Positions 12,900-26,139 of a DNA stretch of 64,000 bases are shown in pieces. Under the pieces are notes generated by a model. It ran no database searches and had not been told where the DNA came from. It saw only the letters and a program-made list of their open reading frames with translations. Made by a program: the position numbers and the translations under genes. This stretch comes from Elsinoe ampelina. Lineage: Eukaryota. Location of the stretch: assembly GCA_010093995.1 (NCBI GenBank), contig ML992511.1, positions 701,516-765,515 of the forward strand. Direction: 5' to 3'. Numbering within the stretch: the first letter of the stretch is position 1; the number at the start of each line of letters is the position of its first letter.

Positions 12900-15800
12900 A
12901 CGTTTAGATGCTATATTATGTTAGGTAATCTAAAAGATAGTTTAACATACACGGGGAACTAAATTAGTCCGCTAAACTAAAGAATTACATTTTTAGGTGA
13001 TATAGTTAGACTATTATCTAGTAATCTTAATTATTATCTATAATAATTATATTCTTCTTTGCTATAGCTTGTTAAAGTTTCTAGATCTCTGCCCTTTACT
13101 TCTCTATTTCCTCGTAGATAACCTTCTATATTATTAATAGCTTACTCTATCTACTATTAAGCTATTCTAGAGGCCTATAGAACAGAGCTATCGGCTTTAT
13201 TATAAACGCCTCTATGTAGTTAGCTTTCTAAGACTTAATATTCCTACGGACCTAAGCTAGATACTAAAGGACGAATCGTAATACTAACGCTATGTTAAGC
13301 AAGATTATAGTATCGAAGCGGTTTAGATTAAGACTAGTCTTAATAGCTCTACCCTAGGCAATTAAGATCCTTAAGCCTTCCGGCCTATTAGGTTTAATAA
13401 ACGTATTATTAGATATAGCTACGTCGACGATGTTTATATAGGTAGGTATAGATATTATTCTATAGTAGACAACAACTACATTAGTATCCTTATCGATTCT
13501 AATTGCTTTGCCGTCTAGGTACTTCTCGAGCTATTTTAGATACTATACCCTTATTAGTAATAACCTAAATAGACTAAATAGACCGAACTAACTATTGTAG
13601 TAACTACTAGCACTAATAGTATAAATGTATAGATAATTACTTGCCTCTTTAGCTCCTTCGAATAGGAGACGTTCTGCTTAATAATCTTAGAAATAACACT
13701 ATAAAGGACCTTTATCTAAGGACTAGCATAGATCTTGTCTATGTACTACTATAGCACTATCTCCGAGAAGTTATATATAATTTTATAAGTAAACTTAATA
13801 GTAAAGTTGCTAAACTCTTCTACGACTGTAGGATTGTCCTAGAATATATCTATAAGAGCGAGAAACATAGAGAAAAGCAGTAGCGGCGTAACTAGGCTTA
13901 GTATTTACTTCTTAGTCTTCTTGTTAAGGATTGTCTCTAATGTTACTTTAGGCTTGTCGGATTTATCCTTTTGCCTGTCGATTGTCTCTTATATACTCTT
14001 ATCTATATCCTATTCGATCTTCTTCTATATATTTATAAGACTATAAAGATACTTATCCTCGATAGTGATCTCTAGGTCGAAGGTAGAATACGGTAGGACT
14101 CTAATAGCTAGCAGACTAGGAGCAGTATCGAAAGGTTTCTAGATATAGTCTATGTTTATCTTAATAAGAATATTTATAAGGATAGTGCTCTATTTGCTAA
14201 CTGTTACTATAATCTCTTCTATAAACTATATACTTCTCTTTTTGTTAAACTTGCTAGGGTTGTTATTTGCCTTATACTATTTGTCAATTACGAAGGTATA
14301 GTCTAATACTATTTAGAAGTTAAGCTTATTAGTAATAGCTCGTTAAGTCTTGTCTAGTGTTATCTTCGGTGTTACTTGACATTTGTTGTCCTTAGCCTTA
14401 GTTAGCTCCTACTTAGATTTATAGATATAGTTCTTGTTAAATTCTCCTATTCTACTTCTATTTATATTAAGCTTTTCTAATCTAAAGTTCTTATATATAG
14501 CCGCTATTAAGAACGCTACTACGTTTAAGCACTTAATAAATAGTATTCCGCTTATGCCTAGTATAAAAGGCCTCCCTAGTAGTATTCCTAGATAACACTA
14601 GGTCTACGTCTTCTAGCTAGTAACCTAATAGAACTTATTAAAGATAATAGCGGCCTAGTTTATAGGTGTAGATCTTAGCTTTCTCTCTTGTCCCTTAGGA
14701 ATAAAGTTCTAATCCTTAGCATTTATATCGTTCTTACTAAGGAAGTAGTAGATTATAGTGTTACGAGTAGTAAAGAAGAACTAATTATTTATCTATAAGG
14801 TCCGGGGGTGTCGCTTACGTATATCGACTAGTTATAAGACTATAATAGTATCAATAGGCTCGCTAGACTTATCTATTAGCTAAGACTTCTATTAGCGGTA
14901 GCCTATAGACAGATCCTCTTTGCAAATTAAAGTGTCTATGTTATATACGTCGCTATACTTATGTTCTTACATAGCTTAGAATATTCTCTTCTAGTATAGG
15001 ACGATCTTTATATTAGGTATAAACTTCTATATCTCTCGCGCCTACTGTTTTATTATATTTAATCCGCTAACAATTAGATTATAGCTAATAGTATCTATAG
15101 AAGCAACATCTAGCTATAGCTCATTAACTAGTATCTTTGCCTTCCAGTACTTACTCTACTTATCCTTAGGTATAGTAGTATAGTTAGTATCCTAGATAAC
15201 CTTTTTATTTAAGTTCTAAATTAGTAAGAGGAAGAAGAGTCCTATTAGAGTCTTTCTAAATTCTATCTTATATATAAATATAAATACTAGGTAGCCTTCG
15301 AGGTATTTCTTAAGTGTAACAAGCGCTAAGTATATTTATACTACCTCGACTAGATACTTCTTATTCTAACTAAAACACTATATACTAGCGTTCGGTAAGT
15401 AGATGTCTTTCTTAAAGCCTATAAAGTTATAGACTCTCTCCTAGAACTCTTCGGACTAGTAATTAATTCTAGTGCCTATAGGGATAAAGCTTTAGTTAGC
15501 TAGATTATTACTAGTTTACTCGTTGTTATTGTTGTTTATAGTATAAAGTTTAACGAAGTTCGAGCTACTAAGAGTCTTATTAAATGTGTAAGTTATAAGC
15601 GCTAGAATAGGTATAGATAGCGTCTTAGGGACTAACGGAATATAGTACCTTACTTGCTCCTCGCTAGGCATAATTATAAAGGGATACTAATTGCTGTCTT
15701 AGTATTACTTATAGTATTTGTCTTTTATTACCCAAGTAGGACAATAGTTAATAGTAGTATTATTCTTGTTAGGTAGTAGAAGGCTAGGTTACTTCTTAGG

Positions 15801-17090
15801 GGTAGGTTTACGTAGTAGTAGGCGCTTAGCTAGAGATAGAGGGGCTAGAGGTTCCTCTTCCTCTTCCTCCTAGACTAGAGTCAATAGCTTCTAACTACTA
15901 CAATACTAAAGAGAGTTAACTAAGTATATTAGTATACACCTAAGTCGAACTAAGTATTAAACTTATAAAGTACTTCTTTAGGGAGCTTCTTAACTAGATC
16001 TATACTAGGCATAAGATAGACAAAGATTATATTACTACCTTTAACTAGGGAGTTAATATAGTTAATTATAGCGGCACGTAGGTCGTAGTTATTTAAGATA
16101 GGTAGAATGTTATATAGCTCTATATAATCTATCTATACAAGAATAATGTTATTACTAACTAACTTCTTCTCCTTTAGGAATAGCCTAATATTATTAAGGC
16201 TATATACGTTTAGATTATAATTCCCTAGATATAACCTTAAAATTCTTAGACTAAACACCTATAGACGACATAAATATCCTCTCTTTATAATTATGCCCGG
16301 GCTAATATCTAATTACTTAACAATTATAAAGTCGATAATAGTTTTATTAATAATGCTCTAGACTAGACGAGATATATCCTCTAGTATTTACTACTAACGT
16401 ATAGGCTAACTAGTGTAGTAATTAATATCTATACCTACGAGTCTGCTACTAAGTATAGAAGTCTTTAATCTTTTAGAGAGTCTACTATTAGACTAGGTAG
16501 TAGAGGGGCGCTTTCTAATATACTTCTTAGAATAAGCCTTCTTGTCTACTTTAGTCTAATTCTTCTTATTTCTAAGCTCTTACGCCTTAATAGTAAGGAC
16601 GAAATCTTTAATAACATTATAACTAGATATATTATTATAGTTTCTAACGTTCCTCTTAAACTAGTCTTAGTCTTAATAGTATAGTCTTTAAAAGAAGATC
16701 TTCGTATAGTTATCCTAAGAGTATTATAGAGAAGTTTTAATGTTGTCTATAATTGTAGTTATATTAACATTACTATTCTAAGGTTTCTTATATTTAAGTT
16801 CTAGAACTATATAGATATTCTTATATTTTTCCTACGCTCTTACATATACGGCAGCGTACTAGTTGTTATCCTAGTTAAAGAATTCGAGGAAGAATCTCTT
16901 AATCTTAAGGTTTTTATTAAGCTATACTTAAATTTCTATAGGAGGTCTTTTGTAGAGCGGAATGTTATTAGTAGCTATACTAGCGCCGTTAGGCTAATTC
17001 TTAGATATATTACATGCGTCTATAAGCTTAGTATATGCTACAAATAAAGCTTAGAATAATATCTAGTAAATAGGTTAAGTAGGTATAGTA
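12900..17090 (-). pseudogene. SNF2/SWI2-family (SF2) helicase/ATPase, RIP-inactivated (paralog A)
   Basis: De-RIPed motifs in order: I (H-E-M-G-F-G-K-T, ~15250-15272), Ia (LIV...KQWAREIxKFxP, ~15015-15085), II (WAAIIFDEFH, ~14628-14657), III (LGMSGTP, ~14540-14562), IV region (SP..KVL...RQVIIxxF, ~13620-13730), V (TGLNL, ~13322-13345), VI (QYLARVRR, ~13230-13265). Confidence 0.8.
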
Positions 17091-17907
17091 GATGTTAAAG
17101 AAGAGATCCTATAAAAGTGTTATATATTTATAAGTTTAGAAGAATTAAGAAAAGGATTTATTAACGTAGTAGGTCTATACACTTTGTGATATATACCTAA
17201 CTAAGACTTAACTAAAGAGGAGATATTTAAGTAAAGAGCGCTTAAAAGAGAGGTTAAAGAGGTTAAAGAAATACTAGAGAGCTATATAAGTTATTTATTT
17301 ATATATAAGAGAGTATAAACAAAGGTAAACTAAAGCAATTAAGGAAAGGAGTAACCTAAATTTAGTTAACTTAGGTTAGGCCCTAAACTAAGCACGTAGT
17401 AGTATACTAGATATAGCGTATATATAATAGTAGATTACTTAGTTTAGATACTAAACTAAGAGTGACTATAGTCCGTGTACTTAGTTACCTTTTATTGTAC
17501 ATGCTATATGTACTAAGGATACTATTGTTATATTTAGGGTAGATCTTAAGGGATAATAGTCTAATAAATAGAGGAAATATAGTAGTAGTTAACGTAAAAT
17601 AATTAAACAATATTTTAATAGCGAAACTAGTATTTATATACGAAAGACAATAGTAATAGAACACAAATAGAAGGTGGTTAGTAGCCTATAGCGGAATAAA
17701 GGGCATAGTATATATAGCATATAGTATAGCTTATAGATACTAGTAAAGGAATAAAGAAAGTAATATACTACTATCTAATTATTTAGACTTTACAATTGCT
17801 ATATATAGAATTAAGTAGTAGAGTAGAGTAAAGGCTATACATTCCGCAGAATAGGTAGTTAATAGTACATTCTACATAATTATAAATACGCTTTATTCCT
17901 CGCCTAG

Positions 17908-18708
17908 CTCTACTAGAAAGGTAATAGCGAGAGAGGACGCTACTAGTATAGCTCCGCCTATAATGCCCTCTATAGTAAGCTACTGTCTAGTAGGAGGTAG
18001 TAGACGTATCTTTGCCCGCGATATTCCTCTATCTCTTCCTCTTTGTTATACCGGTTGTTCCTCTATAATTCTCCCCTTAATATCCTTATACTATAAGGTA
18101 GATAATCCCCGGTAGACGCTAGCTTCTCTACTCTCTTTATATACGCTAGAACCCCTAGTAGTGCTATCCGTAAGATCGGGAGATGCTCCGTAATAGATTC
18201 GCTTAGTCGTAGCTACTAGGTAGAGACAGTAGCTAGTCCTACTAATAATATATAGCTAGTGTAAAGAAAGCTATAGAGAGTAGCGGTAGTAGAGAGAGAG
18301 AAAGAAGTATTAGAGTCTCCTTACACACTCTTAAGCCTATAGTAGCGTAGTAGGTAAGATAGAGAGGTATACTATAATAGATTTGCTCCGGCGTAACTAC
18401 TAGGTACTAGTAGTAGTTAATCCTATAAACACGATATAGCTAGTATAGAGAATACTATTAGAAGTAGTAGCAATAGCGATATAGGAGTAAATGTTAGAGT
18501 CGCTATTATATATATAGTAATAGATAATTGTAGTGTACTAGGCGGGAGATCCGCTATAATAGATAGCTAGCTATTATTAAGGTTAGATAGAGAGGAGAGA
18601 AAAGGTTATACTAGGGACGCTAACGCCTACATTTAGGTCGGTGTAAGTAGAGAGCGTAAACTAAGGCGTTATAGTGAATTATATCTACAATGTAGTTATG
18701 TCGCTATA
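17908..18708. repeat. ~800-bp direct repeat copy 1
   Basis: Highly similar to 25080-25881 (e.g. GCCCTCTATAGTAAGCTACT, CCGTAATAGATTCGCTTAGT, ATACTAGGGACGC). Confidence 0.9.
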
Positions 18709-18833
18709 AACAGGGTTTACGACGCGTTTATAATGCTATAAAGATTATAAGTCTCTAAATATACAATACTTAACTTTAGAGAAGAACATAATTAGATAGT
18801 ATTATATAATTAAGTTCCGAGGAGTACTTAATC

Positions 18834-19033
18834 TAGTTAGGTCAAAATTTTAAGTTATTCTTAAACTTCGAGAGAGAGGACTAAGAAATTGTTAGTTCGA
18901 CGTAATAAACTACTAGCTATCCCCTGCCGGCCGTAGTTAGGTCGAAATTTTAGGTTATCTTTAAACTTTAAGAGAGAGAACTAAGAAATTATTAGTTCGA
19001 CGTAATAAACTACTAGCTATCCTCTACTAGCTG
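18834..19033 (+). repeat. 100-bp tandem duplication (2 copies)
   Basis: TAGTTAGGTC...GTTCGACGTAATAAACTACTAGCTATCC starts at 18834 and 18934. Confidence 0.9.
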
Positions 19034-19406
19034 CCCTCTACTACTGCTATATATAACATGCTAGAGATAGAGTAAAGCAACAATTTGTACTACTAAATTT
19101 AAGCCGAGTAAGCTTTCTACTAGCAAACACTGTTTTACTATTAGTTAAACTACTATAGCCTTTGCATATGTAACTTAGATATATCTTTAGTACTCTTACG
19201 CAGGTAGAAGTAGATTTATTAGAACATTATATAGGGGCTAGTAGTCCGTAGTAAGTGTATTCTACTAGAAGGCGCTTCTACTATAACGACCTAACTCGAA
19301 TTAAAATTATCTATCTAAGTTAGTAGCTTGCCTTTTATTAAACGTTAGAGCGCTAAGCCGAGAGTCCCTAGCTAAGCTATATCTTATTAATCGCTCGGGG
19401 CAAAGG

Positions 19407-19918
19407 ATGTATTATAGACTTAGAGAGATCTAGACAAGATTAGTTAACGTAAACTAAGAATAAACTATGTCTATTACTAACTCCTCGCTACTAGCTAGTA
19501 TACTAGTTGCTATCTCGAATATAGTATAATCGGATATAGCTCTACTAGATAAGAATAACCTCCTAGTACTCCGCTCTATAAACGTGCTACTAGTTATACT
19601 TGCTGTAATTACTTACTCTTTCTCGTACGTGTCTTCTATTATAACCTCGTCTATGCCCTTCTCTTCCTTATATACGTCACTATCGAGCCTACTATTACTA
19701 TTACTATCCGTTCTACGTGCTAGAGGTCGAGAGTTAAGGTTAGTAAAGAGACTAAGAGAATTATCTACTATACTATACTATATAGTAGGTAAAGGGGGAA
19801 GGATACCTAACGCTAGCTATAGACTATTATTTCTACCTCGTTACTTAGTTTAGTTCTTATTTACTATAATTCGTAGTAGAGCTAATAGGACTAAGCTATT
19901 ATATAGCATTAGCGGACT
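19407..19918. repeat. ~510-bp repeat copy 2 (truncated Plavaka N-terminal fragment)
   Basis: Direct repeat of 12055-12570. Confidence 0.9.
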
Positions 19919-20279
19919 AAAGCTAAAATTGTATCTACGCTATAGTACTAGATACGTTAAGACAGAGTTTGCTCTAATATATCTAGGCAATAGAGTTTGT
20001 CGGCTATCTCTTACTTAAGGACAATGTTAAATACTATACTTAATTAGCTATTGTTACGCTATTGTCCTTAGTAGAGGCTTTTATAGCAATTGTAAAATAG
20101 GGAGTGCTACGTAGGCATAATAATTTTAGCTAGTAAATGATTTATAGCTCTTGCTATCTTATGTCTTAACTTGTCGCTAGTATTGTAATAAGTTAGTTAT
20201 AAATAGCCTCTACGAAAAAATAGTAATAGTAGTATATAAAGACGCCTCGGCTATATAATATTAGGTCGTTTATGCCTAT

Positions 20280-23200
20280 AGTTAATCTATTAGGGGTGGT
20301 TAATTAGTTCGCTAAACTAAAACTAGTGCTTTTTAGGTAAAAATTGTAGGTGTTCCCTTAACTAATCTTAATAAGGATAAACTAATAATTTGCCATTACT
20401 CCTCTATTAGTTTAAACAACTACGCTTTTAGTTCGTCTACTTCGCTATATTGTCTTATATAACCTTCTATATTATTGTTAGTATATCGTAGCTATAGTTA
20501 ACCTACTTCTTTAGCCGATAGGATAGTATAGTTAGCTTAAGTATAAACGCTATTATTACGTCTATACTAGCGAATGTTATATTCTCTAAGGCACTATCGG
20601 AAGTCTACTATAATAATTAGATCTATACACTAACTTTGTATTAAGCAAAGTTACACTATTAAGGTAGAAGTACTAGTACTCTACTTATTATAGAACTATA
20701 TGCTATTCCTAGTTACGAACTAACTAGCGTAGCCTTCTCGAAGTAAGTTTACTTTAATATAGCTACCCCGATAATGCCTACGTAGCTTACTATAGACTTC
20801 TCTCTATAATTAATAACAACGACTTTAGTGCCCTTACTAATCCCGATAGCTTAGCTATTCGGGATTCTCTTAAGTTATTATAGATGTAGCTCTCTTATTA
20901 GTAATAACCGAACTAGACTAACTAAGTCGAACTAACTACTATAGCTACCGCTAGCGCTATAGAGTTACACGTATAAATAATCTTTTACTGCCTCTTAGTC
21001 TTCTAACTGTAGGCTTTCCGTTCTATAATCTTAGGGATAATAACATAAAGGCCTTATATTTCTAATCTAGCGTAGCGCTAGCTATATACTTATCTACTAC
21101 TTTAGCTCGAGGTATAAAGTCTAAGGAGTGTCTATAGCCCCTGCCGTAATGTCGGTTAATGTTATTACTCTTTCTATACTAGCGAGGCAGTAGAGTAAAT
21201 AAAGTAAGCTTGTAATAATATCTAGTATAATTACCTCTAGGTTCCTTTTGCTTATTAAATATAGATATTATCTCGTGCTACTCTCTCCTATATAGCGTCT
21301 CTATAATTATAGTTAAGGTATACTCCTCTATGCGTAATGCGATTTACATATATAGTACTACTAAAGAAATAAGATATCTGTCCTCGATTGAAACTTTAGA
21401 GTCCTAGTTAGGAATATCTTAAACCTAATAAGACATAAAAGCAAGCGTAGCTACTAGATGTTTTATAATTAGGTTAAGATACATATCGAGAGGAATAAAT
21501 AGAAGTCTAGCTATCTATATAGGGACTAATACGAAGATTTTGAACTAGAAACGAGAAGTGACTATTATATTTACGAAAAGGGAGCTATAATAGGCTTTAA
21601 CTATTCTTACGTTACCTTCGTATAGGCGGAGAGCTACCTCTCGTTATATTATATAGTAATATCGAGTTAAATCGTGTCTAGTTTATCCTCTCTTGTTCTT
21701 TACGATAGGTACGTCTTTGCCGCCTATAGATAAAGACTAGCTCTACTATATCGAAGCTGCCTTTGTTAAGTAGTAAGTATCTAATCCCTTTCTCTTAGTG
21801 TAATTAACCTTATATCGAATATTAAGCTTAATACTAAACCTATATATGTAGTTAGTAGAGCTATACTAATACTAAGTAGTAATTGCCTAACAAGGAGAGG
21901 CATAAGATAGCTAGGCGTTATAGCGTTCCTTTAAAGGACTTATCCGCCCTAACATAAAATAAGTTTGTCTTTAGTTTTAGGCTAACTAAACTAACTTAAG
22001 TTTGTACTTAGTTAGGAGGCGTAACTAGACCTAAAGCGTCTCTACTATTTATCGGGAGGTAGTAGCTAGAACTAATAATAGTCGGCGGAAATTCTTTATT
22101 AACTTCCAAGTATGCTATATATAAACCTTGCTAGTATATAAGAGTAAAGCCTAATAACTATGTTAGTAGTAACACCTACGTACTTCTTTATAGCACTATA
22201 CTATTCTTATTTAATTTAGTTAACTCTAAGTTCGGTATAGAACTAAAACTTGTACTATTACTTCTACTATAATAGGGGATAAGATTCTATTCTACTAACT
22301 TGTTTTACTTATTATTAAACGCCCTAGTCTATTGTATCTATAGTAGCATTACTTTGTTTCTATTGTTGATAATATTAAGAACATATTACTTTTTTAATGC
22401 CGATGTTAATCTCGTGTTAGTAGAAGTAAGTTATTATCTTCTCGGACTTGCTCTCTTTACTCTAATACGTTATAGCGTGCTAGGCGAGCTATAGGAAGTT
22501 ACTAGTAATAAAGTAGAACTTAGGAGAAGTATTAGAGAGCTTCGAGAGATTATATTTATCTAGATAGATAGCCGGCCTTAGGTGTATAGTAGCTTACATA
22601 ATATTCTTTAAGCTATTAAAGCAGTAGGAACATAGATAGCACCTCGGCGGTATATACTATAGTCTAAATAGGCTATGTTCTTCTAGCGGGAGAGAAGGAG
22701 CTATATTCTTCTAAAACTGTATAAAGTAAAACTACACCCTAAACTAAGTCGCTAGGTCGGTTAGAATCTGTCTAGCTATAGTTATAGGACTATCGAGCAA
22801 GTTTGCTTTTAATAATAATAATAGAAATCGCAGGATTTATAGGGGCTATAGCCTCTTAGGGGTAGAACGAGCTAAATAAAACTTTATTAGTTAAGAACTA
22901 AATAGTTTTATAAATAACGTAATAGCAAATAAAACATAGTAGTATTACCGCTCTTGCCTTTAGTAGTTTAGTCGCCATTGCGGGTATTAAACGTTCTATA
23001 TTATAATATCCTCTTTCTACTAATCTCCTTTGTGCTTCTTATTAGTATTAATGTCTATAAAGCAAAGCTTCTTAGGAGTAAGAAACACTTCTAAGTTCTC
23101 TTCTATAGTAGCCTCGGCTATAGGAAGTAGTTGCTAGCTACTATAATATTAATAAGAGTTGTCTATAAGTATTAGTATATATAGATAAATAGAGAAGGAG

Positions 23201-24330
23201 TAAACTTACTTTATATAAAGTCGAGAAGATCTTTAATAGATACTATAGAAGAAGCAAGATAAAGAAAGATCTTATAGGCACTAGAGATAAGAGTTATAAC
23301 ATGCTTAGTAATAGTAGCGTCTAGATCGAAAGAGTCTTTAATAGCGAAGACTTATATAGAGTTATATATGTTAAGCTAGTAGAGTTAGAGGTAATTACCT
23401 CTAATGTTAAGGATCTACCTAAGCTTACTAATATAGTAATTAACGTAACAATTCTTATCCTTACTAGCACTAGGCTTTCTTAAGTTATAGACGTAGATGT
23501 TCTTTCTTAATATTAGATACGGGATAGTATCTACTTTAATAATCTCTATAATCTAGATCGTAGCAAATTTAATATTAATCTAGACACGATTAGACACTAG
23601 CCCCTAGTTAAAGCTAAACATTCTATAATAAGGCTATATATACAAATCTAATCTTTTATCGCCTGTCTTTACACGAGTTATATATCTCTCTAAGGATAGT
23701 ATTCTTACTTAGGAGAGTATTAGTGTCTATACGGACAAGGTAGCTAAAGGATATAGACTCTAGGTGCCTTCTTCGCCTAGTAACGTTATTCTTTCTCTTT
23801 TGACTAACAGGAGATTTGCCCTTATTAATTATATAGTATTTCGGAATAATCGCTATATAGCTTTTATCTTATTAATATTAACTATAGTCTATAAGTTCTC
23901 CTTAAACTAGTCTAGATCTTTCTAATCTAGTCGGTTAATAAAGAGCTAGAAATTATTAGGCGTGCTATTTAGTAGCCTAGTTTCAATTTTAAGGCGTGCT
24001 TTAAGCACCTTAGAATTGCGTAACTCGCTTCTATCTTATTTCTCGATTTTGATATTAGATTCTATAAAGACTTTTAAGATTATTTCCTTTATTCTTGCGA
24101 ACGTAGTAGAGTATTACTAGTCGTTCTAATTAAAGAAGAATTAGATAGATTTCTTACTAACATTATTATTGTAAAGTGCATTCTTAATAAGAGCTAGTAT
24201 AAGGTTATTAAGTAGAATCTTTTCTATAGGTTTAGTAGTGACCTTTAGCTTCTTTGTCTTTAGCAGCATAGTGCTATTATATATATTTAATAAGTATAAG
24301 AATGTCTACTAGTAAAGGCGTTATATAAGG
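20280..24330 (-). pseudogene. Diverged SNF2-like paralog B, RIP-inactivated
   Basis: Colinear similarity to 12900-17090 at several anchors (e.g. 20301-20338 vs 12961-12998; KRQxxIIxT...VSSxxLVxxGYY at ~20895-20996 vs ~13550-13650; FFxQ..Q.Y at ~24110-24140 vs ~16850-16885). Catalytic motifs not recognisable. Confidence 0.6.
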
Positions 24331-25079
24331 CAAGTAAGGTTAGAGGAGTTAAGATTATATAGCTAGGAACTAAGCGTAGTAAGTTAAGCACTATAGAGCA
24401 AATAGTAGTAATTATAAATATCTACTACCTAGTATAATATTAAAATGCTATACGGAAAGTAGGTAGCAACTTCTTAAATATAATAAAATTTATATTTAAG
24501 ATAGTATACTAAAGTAAGTAGTATACTTATAACTAAGATCTAGTTTAGGTCTCGACCTAAAAGTAAACTAGGTTAACTAAGTCTATGTTTCGCATATACT
24601 AATAGTAACACGTAACAATTACTAATATTAGGTCGATACTAGAACTAAAAGTAAATAAGTTAGTTTACTACTAACAAATATTATAGAGTGTAAATTAAGT
24701 AAGTAAACAAAACGTAGCTATCGAAGGATGTTATAAGTACTAATTATTACAGAAAATCAGTGTCGAAGTAATTAACTATACTAAACGCTTATATATTAGT
24801 ACTATATGCGAAGTTATATATACTTTAAATAGCTAGTAGACTATTTAACAAAGAGCATTATTGTATAAAGTAACAACCTTAATGTCTTTATAGTAGACAG
24901 AAGATAAGACAAATAACAAGGAATAAAGAAAGATATATAGTATACTTATACGTATTAGACAAGGAAATTTTGTTTACTAGTTAAAGGAGGGGAATTAAAG
25001 CGATAGGTATATAATCTACATAGAAAGAAGTATATTACTAATGCAAGGAAGTTACAATAAAGCGCTACTAATAACAAAA

Positions 25080-25881
25080 CCCTACTATAAAAGTAATTAT
25101 AAAAGAGAATATTACTAATATAGCTTCGCCTACGACGCCCTCTATAGTAAGCTACTATCTAGTAGGAGATAGTAGATGTATCTTTGCCCGCAATATACCT
25201 CTGTCTTTTCCTCTTTATTATACTAGTTGTTCCTCTATAATTCTCCCCTTAATATTCTTATACTATAAGGCAGGTAATCCCTAGTAGACACTAGCTTCTC
25301 TACTCTCTTTATGTACGCTAGAACCCCTAGTAGCGCTATCTATAAGATCGGGAGATACTCCGTAATAGATTCGCTTAGTTATAGCTACTAGGTAGAGACA
25401 GTAGCTAATCCTACTAATAATACATAGCTAGTATAAAGGAAGCTATAGAGGGCAGTAGTAGCGGGGAGAGAGAAAGAGGTATCGGAGTCTCCTTACGCAC
25501 TCTTAAGCCTATAGCGGCGTAGTAGGCAAGATAGAGAGGTATACTATAATAGATTTACTCCGGCGTAACTACTAGGTACTAGCGGTAGTTAATCCTATAA
25601 ATATAACGTAGCTAGTGTAGAGAATACTATTAGAAGTAGCAGCGATAGCGAGGCGGGAGTAAATATTAGAGTTACTATAGTATATATAACAATTAATAAT
25701 TGTAGTATACTAGGCGCGGAAATCCGCTATAATAGATAGCTAGCTATTATTAAGGTCGGATAGAGAGAAGAGAAAAGGTTATACTAGGGACGCCGACGCC
25801 TACGTTTAGGTCGGTATAAGCGAAGGGCATAAACTAAGGTATTATTACGAATCGTATTTGTAATATAGTTATATCGCTATA
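25080..25881. repeat. ~800-bp direct repeat copy 2
   Basis: Direct repeat of 17908-18708. Confidence 0.9.
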
Positions 25882-26139
25882 TAATAAGTATATAATAAAA
25901 CTAAGAAAAGATAAAGTTTAGCGCATTAAACTTTATAGTTCTATAAGTGTTAGTTTAGGCTAACTAATTATAACTAAGCACAATTCTAGTATACCTCTCT
26001 CGTAAGTAAACTAAGATCTAAGGCTTATCTATCGTAAGTAACACTCGCACCGAATTACTACCTATACTACTACTCTTCTACTCCTACCTCTCTCCTCCCC
26101 TCCGTAGCTATACCTATATCTACTTCTTATTAACTAGCG

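Noticed and set aside
17908..25881. 800-bp direct repeats as LTRs of a Ty3/gypsy element
   Set aside because: No TG..CA ends, PBS or PPT recognised, and the interior holds an SNF2-like relic rather than gag/RT/integrase.
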